Shown here one piece after another: positions 28,459 to 39,972 of a DNA stretch of 64,000 bases (position 1 is its first letter; each line of letters opens with the position of its first letter). Under the pieces are notes generated by a model, which saw only the letters and a list, made by a program, of their open reading frames with translations, did no database searches and had not been told where the DNA came from. The stretch is from an uncultured Acidobacteriota bacterium (GTDB taxonomy: Bacteria; Acidobacteriota; Blastocatellia; RBC074): contig CAWDDA010000015.1 in the NCBI GenBank assembly GCA_963800895.1, forward strand, positions 152,994-216,993. The letters are read 5' to 3'. The position numbers and the translations under genes are program-made.

Positions 28459-30054
28459 ATGCGTTCAAGAGTTCTGTTTCGCATTGTCGCTTCCCGCCTC
28501 TTCCTCATTAGTGTCCTCCTTACGTCGCCACAGTTGGGCATCGCTCAACAGGGGGGCGAGGCCCGGTCGCACGCGGCACCGGCCTCGTCGCTTTCGATAT
28601 TGCGCGAGAAGATCGGGTCAATTCTCGATCAGCCTCAGTTTGCGGCGGCACGCTGGGGCGTGCTTGTTGTTTCTTCAAACAATGATGTCATTTATGAGCG
28701 GGATGCCGACAAGGCATTTACTCCAGCCTCGAACATGAAGTTGTACACCTCGGCTGCCGCGCTCGACGCACTGGGACCTGATTTCAAGGTTGCAACGACT
28801 GTGTATGCCAGCCGGGCTCCAGCCAAAGGCGGAATTCTCAAAGGTGATCTGCTCTTGTACGGACGCGGCGACACGACCCTTTCTGCGCGTTTCGATGCGG
28901 GCCGCAATCCACTTGAATTCGAATCAGCTGACCGCATCTTCGGAATCGAATCGCTTGCCGACGAAATCCAAAGGCGAGGCATCCGGCGGATTGCGGGCGA
29001 TGTGATCGGAGATGACAGCTACTTTGCTTCTGACAGTCTCGGTGTCGGCTGGGAATGGGATGATGCTCAATTCTATTATGGTGCTGAGATCAGTGCGTTA
29101 ACGATCAACGACAATGTAGTCACATTCACGGTGAAGCCCGGCCTGCAAGCCGGTCTTCCTCCTGAGATAACCGTTCAACCCCAGACCTCGTACATGACAA
29201 TCGTTAACGAGGCCAACACCGTGGCGACTGGTTCGACCAGGATAGGGGTTCACCGTCCACTGAATAGCAACAACGTGCATTTCTTCGGATCGATACCTCA
29301 CACCTCTGAGAAGTTTCAGGTCAATATTGCGGTACACGATCCGGCGCGATTTGCAGCCACGCTCTTGAAGGAAGCGCTCATTCGTCGTGGCATCACTGTT
29401 TCCGGCAGGGTTCGACGAATCGATTCGATTGTGCGGATGAAAGAACCATTCAATCCCTCAACGCTTGTAGAGCTCGCCAAAGTTGAATCCAAGCCGCTAT
29501 GGGTCATGCTGCGCATTGTCAACAAACCCAGCCAGAACCTTCACACCGAGTTGTTGCTGAGACAGCTGGGTACGATAAAGGGAATGCCGGCAATCGATGA
29601 TTACGGCCGCCCGCGAAGCGCAGATGCACTTGGGAACGAATTGAGAAGACAGTTTCTCTTAAGGGCCGGTATTACGCTCGAGCCGTTGAGCCTTCGCGAC
29701 GGGTCGGGCCTTGCGCGGCAGAATCTGGTGACGCCTCGCGCGACCGTACGGCTGCTGCAATACATGCTGACACATCGATACAAGGACGTGTTCCGCGATT
29801 CGCTGCCGATTGCTGGCAGCGACGGAACGCTCGAAAGAAGAATGCGTGATACCGTGGCTGCCGGGAATCTTCGTGCCAAGACGGGAACCCTGTCGTACGT
29901 CAATGCGCTTTCGGGCTATGTCAGGACTCGAGGTGGCGAGGTATTGGTCTTCAGCATGTTTGGCAATAACTATGTTGGTTCGTCGCGTGATGTGACCCAG
30001 GTGATTGACCGCATCTGCGCACTCCTGGCGGAATTCGATGGAGAGACGGTGTGA
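28459..30054 (+). CDS. dacB: D-alanyl-D-alanine carboxypeptidase/endopeptidase (PBP4, S13 family)
   Basis: It has a signal peptide. [11 protein letters not shown] is the SxxK motif. DGSG and KTGTL are PBP4 signatures. 531 aa. Confidence 0.85.
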   Translation: MRSRVLFRIVASRLFLISVLLTSPQLGIAQQGGEARSHAAPASSLSILREKIGSILDQPQFAAARWGVLVVSSNNDVIYERDADKAFTPASNMKLYTSAAALDALGPDFKVATTVYASRAPAKGGILKGDLLLYGRGDTTLSARFDAGRNPLEFESADRIFGIESLADEIQRRGIRRIAGDVIGDDSYFASDSLGVGWEWDDAQFYYGAEISALTINDNVVTFTVKPGLQAGLPPEITVQPQTSYMTIVNEANTVATGSTRIGVHRPLNSNNVHFFGSIPHTSEKFQVNIAVHDPARFAATLLKEALIRRGITVSGRVRRIDSIVRMKEPFNPSTLVELAKVESKPLWVMLRIVNKPSQNLHTELLLRQLGTIKGMPAIDDYGRPRSADALGNELRRQFLLRAGITLEPLSLRDGSGLARQNLVTPRATVRLLQYMLTHRYKDVFRDSLPIAGSDGTLERRMRDTVAAGNLRAKTGTLSYVNALSGYVRTRGGEVLVFSMFGNNYVGSSRDVTQVIDRICALLAEFDGETV

Positions 30055-31019
30055 GCGATGAAGCGCACGTATCCGGGCATCACAAGAACACGCGGCTCAT
30101 TATTGGTTCTCGTGGAAGCCGCCTCGCAATGTGGCAATCTGAGTGGGTTGCCCGAAGACTTGAAGCTGCACATCCCGGTCTGACGACTGAAATCCGTATT
30201 ATCAAGACCACAGGCGACAAACTCGCTCAGGCATCGCTTGCTCAGATTGCCGGTAAAGGTGTTTTCACCAAGGAACTAGAAGATTCCCTGCTTGAAGGAA
30301 GCACTGACATTGCCGTACACAGCCTGAAGGATCTTCCTACTCGACTGCCTGACGGACTTCATGTCGGCGCTGTTCCTGAGCGCGAGGACCCGTTCGACGC
30401 ACTAGTGGTCTCTGCTTCTCTGAATCCATCAATAAGATCGATCGATCAACTACCCAAACGTGCAAGAGTCGGAACGAGCAGCATTCGACGTTCGGCACAG
30501 CTCCAGGCCACGCGATCGGACGTCGAAATTATCGAACTGCGGGGAAATGTCGAGACACGACTGCGGAAACTTGATGAGGGCAACTACGATGCCCTTATCC
30601 TTGCGTGCGCTGGCCTCTTGCGGCTTGGATTCGGTGATCGAATAACGGAGCGTATAGGCTCCTCAATAATGCTTCCTGCACCCGGTCAGGGAGCGCTCGC
30701 GATCGAATCGCGCGATGGGGACACGAGTGTAAGCGCGCTGCTCAATTCGATCGAAGATGTCGATACGCGTCGCTCGGTAGATGCGGAACGTGCGGTGCTG
30801 GCTGCACTCGGCGGAGGCTGCGCCACTCCGGTGGCAACTCACGCGAGCATCAAAGGTGAGATCATTTCAATCGAGGCTCTTGTCGCCAGCCGCGCGGGAG
30901 ATCGCATTCTTCGTGATTCGATTTCCGGACCGTCAACCCGGTCGATCGAGCTTGCAGAGCAGCTTGCCGCCACTCTGCTCGAACGCGGTGCAGGAGAGCT
31001 TCTTGAGCAATCCGCCTGA
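30051..31019 (+). CDS. hemC: Hydroxymethylbilane synthase (porphobilinogen deaminase)
   Basis: [29 protein letters not shown] and GGCATPV are conserved HemC blocks. Confidence 0.9.
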   Translation: MSDEAHVSGHHKNTRLIIGSRGSRLAMWQSEWVARRLEAAHPGLTTEIRIIKTTGDKLAQASLAQIAGKGVFTKELEDSLLEGSTDIAVHSLKDLPTRLPDGLHVGAVPEREDPFDALVVSASLNPSIRSIDQLPKRARVGTSSIRRSAQLQATRSDVEIIELRGNVETRLRKLDEGNYDALILACAGLLRLGFGDRITERIGSSIMLPAPGQGALAIESRDGDTSVSALLNSIEDVDTRRSVDAERAVLAALGGGCATPVATHASIKGEIISIEALVASRAGDRILRDSISGPSTRSIELAEQLAATLLERGAGELLEQSA

Positions 31020-31824
31020 ACGAATCCTCGAAGGCAGGAGCGTAGTTCTGACCCGCGCTGCCGGGCATGCGTCGGTACTAGGGCGCGAGCTCGAGCGTCT
31101 GGGAGCCTCTGTCATCTTTTTCCCGACGATCGAGATTCGAGAACCGGCGTCATGGGTACACCTTGACCGTGCACTCTCAGACCTTTCCAGTTACGACTGG
31201 CTGCTGTTTACAAGCGCAAACGCTGTTGAGTCTTTCGTTTGTCGTGCGCGAGAAAAGGGAATCAGTGATGCAGCGTTGCAGCGCCTGAAAACTGGCGTTG
31301 TTGGGAGCGCCACACGGTCGACGCTTGAAGCACACGGTCTCATGGTTACGCTACAGCCGGACGACTTCAGCGGCAGGTCTCTCGTTGACGAGCTTCGTGC
31401 TTTCGTCGGAATTCCTCAAAATCGAGATAGTTTTCGCGTTCTTGTGCCATCATCAAACCTCGCCAGGACTCAGGTCTGGGAACCGCTTACCGCGGAAGGC
31501 GTCATAGTTGACGTGGTTGAGGCATACAGAAACGTCCTTGTGGAACACAGCGGCGAAGACGTGCGCAGAACGCTTAACGCAGCCAGAGGCGGCTATATCG
31601 TTTTTGCGAGTCCGTCTGCAATCGTGAATCTGTCAAAGCTGGCCGGTACTGATGACCTTTCATCCGCACTTTCTGGTACGAAAGCAGTTTGTATTGGCCC
31701 GACAACAACAAAAGCTGCGCGGCAGCATGGAATTCAAGAATTGATTCAACCTGAGGAAGCCTCTGCTGCAGCGATCGTCAAGATGATCGCTGAAGATGTT
31801 CGGTCGTTGGGCATTAAACAATGA
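31003..31824 (+). CDS. hemD: Uroporphyrinogen-III synthase
   Basis: [32 protein letters not shown] and LLFTSANAV are typical HemD. TTG 31003 is the proposed start, overlapping hemC by 17 nt. The upstream part of the longer track ORF (30781) lies inside hemC. Confidence 0.75.
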   Translation: MSNPPERILEGRSVVLTRAAGHASVLGRELERLGASVIFFPTIEIREPASWVHLDRALSDLSSYDWLLFTSANAVESFVCRAREKGISDAALQRLKTGVVGSATRSTLEAHGLMVTLQPDDFSGRSLVDELRAFVGIPQNRDSFRVLVPSSNLARTQVWEPLTAEGVIVDVVEAYRNVLVEHSGEDVRRTLNAARGGYIVFASPSAIVNLSKLAGTDDLSSALSGTKAVCIGPTTTKAARQHGIQELIQPEEASAAAIVKMIAEDVRSLGIKQ

Positions 31825-31836
31825 TCAATTGAATCT

Positions 31837-33093
31837 ATGGATGAGTTTCGAGTAATTGGAGGTTCCACTCTTAGGGGCAGCGTAAGCGTCAGCGGCGCAA
31901 AGAACTCGGCGCTTCCGTGCCTTGCCGCGTCATTGCTTACGGGTGAAAGCGTGATCCTGCATAACGTGCCGTATGTGCGAGATCTGATCACCATGAGGCG
32001 GCTGCTCGAAGACCTTGGCGCCAGGATCCTTGTGCCGGAGCTGCGCACTCACAGCATCTCTGCATCGACTGTCGATTCCTTCGAAGCTCCTTACGAGCTG
32101 GTCAAAACGATGCGCGCGTCGGTGCTTGTGCTTGGACCGTTGGTTGCCCGTTACGGCCAGGCCCGTGTAAGTCTGCCGGGCGGGTGCGCCATTGGACAGA
32201 GGCCGATTGATCTACATCTGAATGCCCTCGAGAAGCTCGGCGCAAAGATCGACTTGCAGGGCGGCGTTGTAGATGCGACTGCATCGCGTCTGCAAGGCGC
32301 TGACATCGAATTCGAGTCCGTAACGGTGACCGGCACCGAGAACATCATGATGGCGGCGACTCTTGCCTCCGGTGTTACGAGACTGCGCAACGCTGCATGC
32401 GAGCCCGAAATCGTCGACCTCGCCGGGCTGCTGATCAAGATGGGTGCAAAAATAAAGGGAGCTGGCACAACCGAAATCACTATCGAGGGACAGCCCGAGC
32501 TTGGAGGCGCTGAGCATAGCATCATTCCTGACCGGGTTGAGACTGGTACCCTTCTGGCAGCGGCAGCAATCACTCGCGGGGAGCTCGAGATTCGAGAATG
32601 CATTCCTGGTCATCTCGAAGCTGTGATATCTCACTTTCGCAACATTGGAGTCGAGATTGAAACAGACACTACCAGACTTTTTGTTCGCGCTTCGAAAGCC
32701 ATACGCGCAGCGAGCATTTCAACAGAGGTCTATCCGGGTTTCCCGACTGACATGCAAGCTCAATACATGGCTTTAATGACCCAGGCAGAAGGTGATTCTG
32801 AGATAAGTGAGACGATCTTTGAGAATCGGTTCATGCACGTCAGCGAGCTGCAACGGCTTGGAGCAGACGTGCGCGTCAACGGGAATTCTGTGCGAGTCAG
32901 TGGTCCGCGGCCCTTGACCGGGGCGCGCGTTATGGCCTCGGACCTTCGAGCATCCGCGTCTCTGGTTCTCGCTGCATTAGTGGCAACGGGTGAAACGCGA
33001 ATCGAGCGCGTCTATCACATCGATCGTGGGTACGAAGCGATTGAAGAGAAGCTCTGCTCTGTCGGAGCGACTATCGAGCGAATAAAGCTGTGA
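31837..33093 (+). CDS. murA: UDP-N-acetylglucosamine 1-carboxyvinyltransferase
   Basis: G(S)KNSALP is present and LPGGCAIGQRPIDLH carries the catalytic Cys. 418 aa with full-length collinearity to MurA. Confidence 0.92.
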   Translation: MDEFRVIGGSTLRGSVSVSGAKNSALPCLAASLLTGESVILHNVPYVRDLITMRRLLEDLGARILVPELRTHSISASTVDSFEAPYELVKTMRASVLVLGPLVARYGQARVSLPGGCAIGQRPIDLHLNALEKLGAKIDLQGGVVDATASRLQGADIEFESVTVTGTENIMMAATLASGVTRLRNAACEPEIVDLAGLLIKMGAKIKGAGTTEITIEGQPELGGAEHSIIPDRVETGTLLAAAAITRGELEIRECIPGHLEAVISHFRNIGVEIETDTTRLFVRASKAIRAASISTEVYPGFPTDMQAQYMALMTQAEGDSEISETIFENRFMHVSELQRLGADVRVNGNSVRVSGPRPLTGARVMASDLRASASLVLAALVATGETRIERVYHIDRGYEAIEEKLCSVGATIERIKL

Positions 33094-33097
33094 GTTT

Positions 33098-33190
33098 GAA
33101 GTTCAAGCTTGGAGTTCAAGTTTGGAGTTCACGCTTTTAGCTTGCTCGTTGCATTCTCACTTGCTGACATCAAGCTAACGCTTGAACTCC
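33098..33190. repeat. Family-A element with triplicated left arm
   Basis: The tandem left-arm copies are GAAGTTCAAGCTT, GGAGTTCAAGTTT and GGAGTTCACGCTTTTAGCTTGCT. The right arm is ATCAAGCTAACGCTTGAACTCC (33169-33190) and encodes the MEFKR-stop end of murB. Confidence 0.85.
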
Positions 33191-34230
33191 ATGCCCACTA
33201 AAACCGGCTCGCGGTCAAGCTGAACGCCAAAACGCTCTTTCACCTCACTACTTAATTCTTCCGCAAGAGCGACGATTTCCTGCGCAGTCGCGCCGCCCCG
33301 GTTAACTATAGCCAGCGTATGCTTTCCTGAAATCCCGGCTCGACCCTTTGGGTAGCCACGATGGAAGCCGGCCTGTTCGATCAGCCATGCAGCGGAAATC
33401 TTGTATCGGCCATCAGGCTCCGGAAAAGCAACCACTTCAGTCATAGTGGACTTTCGGATCATCTCCAGGACATCGTTCGAGACTATGGGATTCTTGAAGA
33501 ACGATCCGACACTTCGCGAATCAGGGTCCCGTGGATCGATGACCATTCCCTTCGAGGCGCGGATTTTGAGCACGGCAGCTCGCACATTCGAGAGCGTTGC
33601 AGCCTTTCCCGTTTCCGTAAAGAACGACACAAGATCGCGGTACGTCAAGGTTGGCTTTTCATCTCTCCTCAGCCTGAAAACAACTTCGAGAACAATGTAA
33701 CGATCGCGGGCCGTCGTATTGAACATGCTACTGCGATAGCCAAAGCCGCAGTCGGCATTACTAAGTGTCAGTGATTTCATGGACTGCCGGTCGATGACGC
33801 GAACAGATTCAATCGTCTGACTGACTTCCTGACCGTATGCGCCTACATTCTGTATCGGGGTTGCACCGGTGTATCCAGGTATACCGCTCAGCGTCTCAAA
33901 ACCGGCCAGGTTTGCGGCTACGCATTTGCTGACGACAGTGTCCCACTCTTCACCGGCAGCCACTGAAACGATGGTTGCGGCGCCACCGCCCTCAATTCGG
34001 ATTCCTTTGATTGCGATGTGAATCACAAGGCCAGGAAAGCCGTCATCAGAAATTACAACGTTGCTTCCACCTCCCAGGATAAGCACGGGAAGATCACGCG
34101 ACGCAGCGAATGCGAGAGCGTCGAAAATTCCCGCCTCGTCATTTACAGAGATGAAGAATCCTGCAACGCCTCCGACTCCGAGGGTGGTCAAAGGCGAAAG
34201 CGGGACTGCTTCGCGCAGCCCCGTCATCAT
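33175..34230 (-). CDS. murB: UDP-N-acetylmuramate dehydrogenase
   Basis: TTLGVGG and LILGGGSNV mark the FAD-binding domain. The C-terminal domain contains SVGSFFKNP. Confidence 0.9.
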   Translation of the reverse strand: MMTGLREAVPLSPLTTLGVGGVAGFFISVNDEAGIFDALAFAASRDLPVLILGGGSNVVISDDGFPGLVIHIAIKGIRIEGGGAATIVSVAAGEEWDTVVSKCVAANLAGFETLSGIPGYTGATPIQNVGAYGQEVSQTIESVRVIDRQSMKSLTLSNADCGFGYRSSMFNTTARDRYIVLEVVFRLRRDEKPTLTYRDLVSFFTETGKAATLSNVRAAVLKIRASKGMVIDPRDPDSRSVGSFFKNPIVSNDVLEMIRKSTMTEVVAFPEPDGRYKISAAWLIEQAGFHRGYPKGRAGISGKHTLAIVNRGGATAQEIVALAEELSSEVKERFGVQLDREPVLVGMEFKR

Positions 34231-34574
34231 TTGATAATGCGGAGCGTCAGCGGATACCGATATCTGACGCCTTCATTGGATTTGATCGCGGCTATGACCA
34301 TGAAGATGAGCCCGGCGACTGCTAAGAGGGGGATGAGAACGATACCAACAACAATCATGATCGAGATGATAGCCACAATTACATAGATCGTAAGCGAAAT
34401 CTGGAAATTGACAGCTTCCTTGCCTTGATCGTCAATGAACGACGATTGATCTTTCTTGAGCAGCCAGACAAGCAACGGCCCAAATATGTTGCCAAAAGGA
34501 ACAACATAACCAGCAAGTCCCGCCAGGTGCGCGACCACAGCCCATGTGCGATCATCCTTGGTCAATGGTTGCAT
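34227..34574 (-). CDS. DUF4870-like small membrane protein
   Basis: 115 aa. [32 protein letters not shown]...EAVNFQIS is the typical DUF4870 pattern. It overlaps the murB start by 4 nt. Confidence 0.6.
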   Translation of the reverse strand: MQPLTKDDRTWAVVAHLAGLAGYVVPFGNIFGPLLVWLLKKDQSSFIDDQGKEAVNFQISLTIYVIVAIISIMIVVGIVLIPLLAVAGLIFMVIAAIKSNEGVRYRYPLTLRIIK

Positions 34575-34683
34575 TTCTCGACCTTTGCAATGCTATTTGA
34601 ACTCGAACCGCGCCGTAGTATGCAAGAGCCGAACGAGGAATGCAATTTGGCATAGACTGGTGTGCTTGGTACACTTCCAGACA

Positions 34684-36054
34684 ATGACGCGCGAACGAGT
34701 TCTTATAGTCGATGATGAAAACTCCGCACGAGTTGGCTTGAGCGAAATCGTCGAGGCCTGGGGCTACGAATCAAAGACGGCGACGGATGGTATGGACGCT
34801 CTCGCGGTCGCTTCAGAATTCAAACCTGCCGCTCTCATCACAGATGTAATCATGCCCCGCCTGGATGGTTTTGGCCTGCTCGCACGTTTGAGAGAAGACA
34901 TGCCGGAAACAAGGGTCATCCTTCTTACAGGGCAGGGAAACGTCGAGGATGCGGTTCGAGCAGTCAAGGAAGAAGGGGCTTTTTACTACTTCGAGAAGCC
35001 GATCAACACGCGTCAGCTACAGCTTGTGCTGCAAAGAGCTATCGAGCAGTCGGCGACTCAACACGAAAACCTGCGACTTCGGCGGCGCCTCAGTGAGTAC
35101 GGCGTTTTTGGAAAGCTTGTAGGTTCGTCGCACGCAATGCGTCAAATCTATACGATCATCGAGCAGGTGGCAGGGTCCGCAGTCTCTGTTCTCATCTCAG
35201 GTGAGTCAGGTACCGGAAAAGAGGTCGTAGCAAATACGATTAATGACATGAGTCCTCGCTCAACGCGGCCATTTGTAGCGATCAATTGCTCCGCGATTCC
35301 GGAAACGCTCATGGAATCCGAACTCTTTGGCCACGAGCGTGGTGCGTTTACCGGCGCCATCAGTCGTCGTGAAGGGTGTTTCGAGCTTGCAAATACCGGC
35401 ACGCTGTTTCTGGACGAGATTGCTGAAATGCCTGTCATGCTTCAGGCAAAACTGCTTCGTGTGCTCGAGGAACGAAGGCTGCGGCGGGTCGGCGGCTCGC
35501 GCGAAATAGCCGTCGATGTGCGGGTCCTGGCCGCTACTAACAAAGACCCACAGGAGGCAGTGCGGCGGGGAGAATTGCGCGAAGACCTGCTCTATCGATT
35601 GAATGTGATTCACATCAAGCTACCAACGCTTCGTGAGCGCCGCGAAGATATCCCGCTGCTGGCTCGACACATGGTTGATGATCTGGGGCAACGGCACAGC
35701 CGCCAGGTGCGATTGATCGCGCCGGAAGTGCTGGAGCTTTTTTCGAGATATTCGTGGCCGGGAAATGTCCGTGAGCTTCGCAACGTCGTGGAACACGCGA
35801 TTGTTGTATGCGAAGGGCAGCGGATTGAGCGAAGCCATCTGCCGCATCATCTCGAGGTGGGAAGCCCTATCACCCCTGATGAGACGATCTCATTTCCTGT
35901 CGGAGTTACTCTGGAACAGGCCGAGCGCGAATTGATTCTGCGCACACTGATAAAGACGAATAACAACAAGACGCGTGCAGCAGAGCTTCTTCAGGTCAGC
36001 CTCAAGACCCTCCACAACAAACTCAAGGCCTACCGCGAAGCTGAGGATGTTTAA
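34684..36054 (+). CDS. Sigma-54-dependent response regulator (NtrC/Fis family)
   Basis: The REC domain reads VLIVDDE...DVIMP. The AAA+ domain has [14 protein letters not shown] and the ESELFGHE loop. A C-terminal Fis-type HTH follows. ATG 34684 is the preferred start. Confidence 0.88.
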   Translation: MTRERVLIVDDENSARVGLSEIVEAWGYESKTATDGMDALAVASEFKPAALITDVIMPRLDGFGLLARLREDMPETRVILLTGQGNVEDAVRAVKEEGAFYYFEKPINTRQLQLVLQRAIEQSATQHENLRLRRRLSEYGVFGKLVGSSHAMRQIYTIIEQVAGSAVSVLISGESGTGKEVVANTINDMSPRSTRPFVAINCSAIPETLMESELFGHERGAFTGAISRREGCFELANTGTLFLDEIAEMPVMLQAKLLRVLEERRLRRVGGSREIAVDVRVLAATNKDPQEAVRRGELREDLLYRLNVIHIKLPTLRERREDIPLLARHMVDDLGQRHSRQVRLIAPEVLELFSRYSWPGNVRELRNVVEHAIVVCEGQRIERSHLPHHLEVGSPITPDETISFPVGVTLEQAERELILRTLIKTNNNKTRAAELLQVSLKTLHNKLKAYREAEDV

Positions 36055-36058
36055 AGTT

Positions 36059-36183
36059 CCTGGGAACGCTGGCCTCTGGCGTCGGGAAAGCCGCGATTTG
36101 GAGTGCGGCGACTTGTCGCCGCTTTCTCTTCGTTGCGGGTTGCTTCAGCGGACGAAAAGCGGCGCCAAGTCGCCGCACTCCAA
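36059..36183. repeat. Family-C half element + family-E palindrome
   Basis: CCTGGGAACGCTGGCCTCTGGCG lies at 36059-36081. The family-E arms are TTTGGAGTGCGGCGACTTGTCGCCGCTTTC (36097-36126) and GAAAAGCGGCGCCAAGTCGCCGCACTCCAAA (36153-36183). Confidence 0.9.
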
Positions 36184-36199
36184 ACTCTTCCTTCCCCGG

Positions 36200-38818
36200 T
36201 CAAAATCTGACTCGTGCTCCGATCTGAACTGTTCGTTGCGGGAGGCGGGTGTCGACTGATGAGCCGAGCGCTGGCGATCCGAGCTGATGCACTGGAATAC
36301 CGTAGTGGGCCCTGTTGAAGAGATTGAAGACTTCGGCGCGTAACTCGATATCCCTTTTTTCACTAAATCTGAATTGTTTGCTGACCGCAAGATCGAGATT
36401 TGCCGTGCCTTGAGCCCGGAATGAATTTCTTGAAACGGCACCATCTCGACCGACCTCCGCAAGAAGTTGGCGCTCGCCAGCCGCACCTTCAGGAAAGCGA
36501 AGTCGTACCCTTCCGTCATTTACAACAGTGATGCCGCTCGTAGTATTCAATCGGTCGGTCAAATTGCCATCAACATTCACATCGAACCCTGCCAACACCG
36601 TATACGGACGGCCAGTCTCAACTGTCGCAATGCCCGCGAGCTGCCAGCCGCCGAGCCAGAAGCTTCCAGAAGGCCACGGTATCTCCCAGATCGCACTACC
36701 CGCAAACCGGTGCCTGACGTCAAAGTTCGCATCACCCTTCTCGGCGCGCAGATTGAAGCTGTTCTGAGGAAGCGCGCGCGTCCCCGCAAGATCGAAGAGG
36801 TCCGATACCTGATCGATAGCGTGAGACCACGTATACGCGCTTGTGAATTGGACGCCGCTTGCAAAGCGCCGGTTCAGCTCTAGCTGAAGGCTGTGATATG
36901 ACGACTGCGCGTCTGACTCGATCGAAGTAAACGACCCGAGAAATGGAAATGTGCGCGCCGAGCCAGGTCCGGGTGCGATAGTGAAGCCGGTAAACTGAGG
37001 TTCAAGAGCGCCTCTTGCTCCCGTAATCACCGGGAAAACATTCGGCCCGAAATTTGGAGTCGCAGTTCGTAACAGGTGGGTTCCTCGGGTTCCAACGTAT
37101 GCAGCGGAAGCTACTGTATGCATTCCCAATTGTTGTTCTAACGTTAGTCCCCAGTGCTGTGCACTGGGGGTCACGAGCCGATTGGCGGGGAGCACAAAAC
37201 CAGGACCTCCAGGATAGTTTGCGATCCGATTTCCACCTCCAGGAACTGGATTGGTAAATTGGCTGAGCAATATCAGGAAGCTGACTGCGTCCGCACCAAA
37301 CTGAGTGAGATCGCCAGTGTTGATCGTCCCTGGCCGGGCTAGCAGGGACGGATTGAACGGAAGCAGTGCTCCATTTCGAAATGGATTTACACCAGCCAGA
37401 TTCAGTGAAGAAAACGTCGGAAAGACGCTTCGCGACTGGCTGACAACCGCGCCAAGGATCTGGTCGAAATAGACTCCGTATCCTCCGCGAAGTGACATCG
37501 TTCCTCGACCCGTCGGATCCCAGGCAAATGCCAGATGAGGAGCGATGTTATTGGCATCTTTGCGATAAATTGACCGGCGTTCATCGAGAAACAGCTCAAA
37601 GCCCGATACACCGAACAATTGCTTCTCAGTTTCAATAAACCTGAAGACCTGCGGATCGGTGAAAGTTCGCTCGATCCTTCGATTCACTTCCTCAGGTACG
37701 GTATTGAGCTCGTAGCGCACCCCAATAGTGAGTGTCAGTCCGTCAGCCGCATGAAACTGGTCACTCGCAAAGAGGTTGCCCTGCCAGTAACGCAGACCGA
37801 TCTCTGAATCGGGCGATCGTGCCAGAGTCTGGAAATACCCAGTCACGCCGCCGGCAGCGACGAAATCCGTGCCAGCATAAAACCCCGAAGGACTGAATGA
37901 GGGCAGCCCAAAGCGTGGGGCAATGTCTGCAGCTCCGCTGAATGTTGCCTGCGACCTGAAGTTGCGATCAAGAATACTGTTGAGCTGCGTGCGCCGAAAA
38001 TCTACACCGGCAGTCAGTACATGTCGTGAGACCTGGTAAACCGACGTGTTCGCCACTTGAAACGTGTTGTTGGCTCGTTGCTGCGGAAAATTGAATACGT
38101 CGACGCCAACGGGACTGAAGCCCGAGACTACGAGTTGACCAACAGGCGCGGTCACCTCTTCTGATGTGATTCCCTGATAGACATATTCCGGATTGCCTGC
38201 CACAAATTGATTCCCCGATCGAACAGGAAGGGTAGCATTTGCAAGCAATGGTGCATTCAAAAGCAATGGCGTTGAAGGAAACGACTTCGAAGGAAGCAGG
38301 CAATGTTCAGACAGTTGTACCTGAGAAGTGACGCATCTCTGTGACGCATCGGCAAACTGGAGCCTGGTCCTGCCATAGGAAAACCGAAACTGATTGCTCG
38401 CCGATGGTGCAAGCGCTGTCGAGACAATGAAGGACAGATTGCGAGTTTTCACAGAGGCGTTGAGCGATGAATAGATCGCATCTCCAGTCACAGGAAGATC
38501 GGTCCGGTCGTCTGTCTGGTTATAGCGAACCGTTACAGCGTGGCGCGCTCCAAGCAGAACAAAATTCGGCTGGTCGAGTTTTGCTGATGCAATATTGCCG
38601 GCAGCATTCGCCGGCAGCACCGCCGTAAATGTATTCGCTCCGTACGGACCCGGCGGATTATTTGGAAAAGGGAAAAGACTGAAGAAGGCATCGCCAGATA
38701 TCGATGTCGGAAAGAACGGAACCCTGTTGCACCGCTGTCGACGTAACAACAAGCCCCCGATCACCCAGTCCAAAGAGTCCTCGCTCAGCAACTGTTGGGA
38801 CAGCAAAGTGTGATTCAC
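36200..38818 (-). CDS. TonB-dependent-receptor-like outer-membrane beta-barrel, C-terminal fragment
   Basis: Long beta-strand-rich sequence ending in ...TVQIGARVRF, a terminal aromatic typical of OMPs. It is contiguous with the N-terminal fragment after a 1-nt shift near 38715-38725. Confidence 0.7.
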   Translation of the reverse strand: MNHTLLSQQLLSEDSLDWVIGGLLLRRQRCNRVPFFPTSISGDAFFSLFPFPNNPPGPYGANTFTAVLPANAAGNIASAKLDQPNFVLLGARHAVTVRYNQTDDRTDLPVTGDAIYSSLNASVKTRNLSFIVSTALAPSASNQFRFSYGRTRLQFADASQRCVTSQVQLSEHCLLPSKSFPSTPLLLNAPLLANATLPVRSGNQFVAGNPEYVYQGITSEEVTAPVGQLVVSGFSPVGVDVFNFPQQRANNTFQVANTSVYQVSRHVLTAGVDFRRTQLNSILDRNFRSQATFSGAADIAPRFGLPSFSPSGFYAGTDFVAAGGVTGYFQTLARSPDSEIGLRYWQGNLFASDQFHAADGLTLTIGVRYELNTVPEEVNRRIERTFTDPQVFRFIETEKQLFGVSGFELFLDERRSIYRKDANNIAPHLAFAWDPTGRGTMSLRGGYGVYFDQILGAVVSQSRSVFPTFSSLNLAGVNPFRNGALLPFNPSLLARPGTINTGDLTQFGADAVSFLILLSQFTNPVPGGGNRIANYPGGPGFVLPANRLVTPSAQHWGLTLEQQLGMHTVASAAYVGTRGTHLLRTATPNFGPNVFPVITGARGALEPQFTGFTIAPGPGSARTFPFLGSFTSIESDAQSSYHSLQLELNRRFASGVQFTSAYTWSHAIDQVSDLFDLAGTRALPQNSFNLRAEKGDANFDVRHRFAGSAIWEIPWPSGSFWLGGWQLAGIATVETGRPYTVLAGFDVNVDGNLTDRLNTTSGITVVNDGRVRLRFPEGAAGERQLLAEVGRDGAVSRNSFRAQGTANLDLAVSKQFRFSEKRDIELRAEVFNLFNRAHYGIPVHQLGSPALGSSVDTRLPQRTVQIGARVRF

Positions 38819-39815
38819 GTGTCGCGTTTATCTGCTGGTGTTCGTAGGAGAGAAAGAAGTTTGAGTTTCTTATGAAAGGTCCTCCAAAGACGAAACCATA
38901 AAGACCACGCGTAGCCGAATCCTCACCTTCCACTGGATTCCGCAACACGATCGGACGCGTGACATTTGCGCCTGGCCTCAGATCAGTCAGCTGGATTGGT
39001 GTCTGATCGCTGTCTCTAACCAACGCATAGGTTGCGGGTCCACCGGTCAGATCAAAGGGATCCTTTGCCCGAAGCTGCTTGTCGGTCAGGAACCCATATA
39101 TCGTGCCAAAGAGACTGTGCGTACCTGTGATCGAAACGGCATCAACCTGACCGCCGAGATTGCGGCCAAACTGAGGTTCCGGTAGCAGTGTTGTAATCTG
39201 AAACTCACCTATGCTCTCGATCGACTGCGGAAGCAGCGACGTAAATCCCTGGCGCCTGACCCCGATATCATCATCATTATTGTCGGAGCCATCTATCGTG
39301 AAATTGTTTGCGCGACTTCTGAGTCCATTGACTGAAAACTGACCTGACGTTCCAACGCCCGGTCCGATGCCCGGACCAACCGTTTTCCCGATAGCATCAG
39401 GTGGCGGCGCGACCCCCGGTGCGAGCAGTGCCAGAGAATCGAAAGTTCGCGTGCCAGGTAAGGGCGGCCCAAGGAGCATTCTCGCATCAAAGTTGGCTCG
39501 TCGACTGGCGTTCCTGGTGTTTACAAGACGTTCATAGATCGATCCACCCACCGTGGCAGGCGGTGGAGATGGCGGGGCAGCAGGTGCGGGCGGTACTCCT
39601 GCGCGGCGCAAAGTAATGGGTGGAGGATTGACTACGTTTTCTTTGGCCAGCCGGACCTGAAATCCTCGCGCCATCGAAAATGGTGACTCAACAAATCCTT
39701 CTTTTTGCCCTCTGAGTGTGTAAATGCCTACAGGGAGAAGTCCGATAAAATATCGGCCGTTTCCGTCGGTCAGCGTTGATCGTTCGAGTCCCGTCTCTTC
39801 ATTGGTAACGACCAC
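38658..39815 (-). CDS. TonB-dependent-receptor-like protein, N-terminal fragment (CarboxypepD_reg + plug region)
   Basis: VVVVVTNEETGLERSTLTDGNGRYFIGLLPVGIYTLRGQKEGF is a carboxypeptidase-regulatory-like fold. The frame is open upstream to a signal-peptide-like LLGPATLLLVLSFEAAAQ. ATG 39966 is one base out of frame. Confidence 0.7.
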   Translation of the reverse strand: MVVTNEETGLERSTLTDGNGRYFIGLLPVGIYTLRGQKEGFVESPFSMARGFQVRLAKENVVNPPPITLRRAGVPPAPAAPPSPPPATVGGSIYERLVNTRNASRRANFDARMLLGPPLPGTRTFDSLALLAPGVAPPPDAIGKTVGPGIGPGVGTSGQFSVNGLRSRANNFTIDGSDNNDDDIGVRRQGFTSLLPQSIESIGEFQITTLLPEPQFGRNLGGQVDAVSITGTHSLFGTIYGFLTDKQLRAKDPFDLTGGPATYALVRDSDQTPIQLTDLRPGANVTRPIVLRNPVEGEDSATRGLYGFVFGGPFIRNSNFFLSYEHQQINATRESHFAVPTVAERGLFGLGDRGLVVTSTAVQQGSVLSDIDIWRCLLQSFPFSK

Positions 39816-39972
39816 TACGACGGAGGAAACCAGACTGTTGGTGCCTTCTTCGAGGACCAGTCCCTGAACGGCTCCGGTTGTCTGGGTTTGTGCGGCTGCC
39901 TCGAATGACAGGACGAGGAGGAGAGTGGCTGGTCCGAGTAAGGGATCTGATGTTTCCAGATAACATTCTGCG

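Noticed and set aside
28169-28738. ORFs 28169-28468 (-), 28240-28449 (+) and 28340-28738 (+) as small proteins
   Set aside because: They are read straight through the nested palindrome. Both strands give mirror-like peptides (HPSGM/ASRRDA), and the last one overlaps the dacB signal-peptide region out of frame. I treat them as repeat artefacts. The same applies to 36145-36519, 35975-36259, 49772-50128, 7847-8272 and 57546-57872.
30781-31002. The long N-terminal extension of the hemD ORF (start at 30781)
   Set aside because: The extension lies entirely inside hemC in another frame and has no HemD similarity. The HemD-like sequence begins at about 31003 (TTG).
34546-34683. The upstream start (34546) for the sigma-54 response regulator
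   Set aside because: The extra 46 residues overlap the divergent DUF4870 gene and have no REC-domain similarity. The canonical [12 protein letters not shown] start is at ATG 34684.
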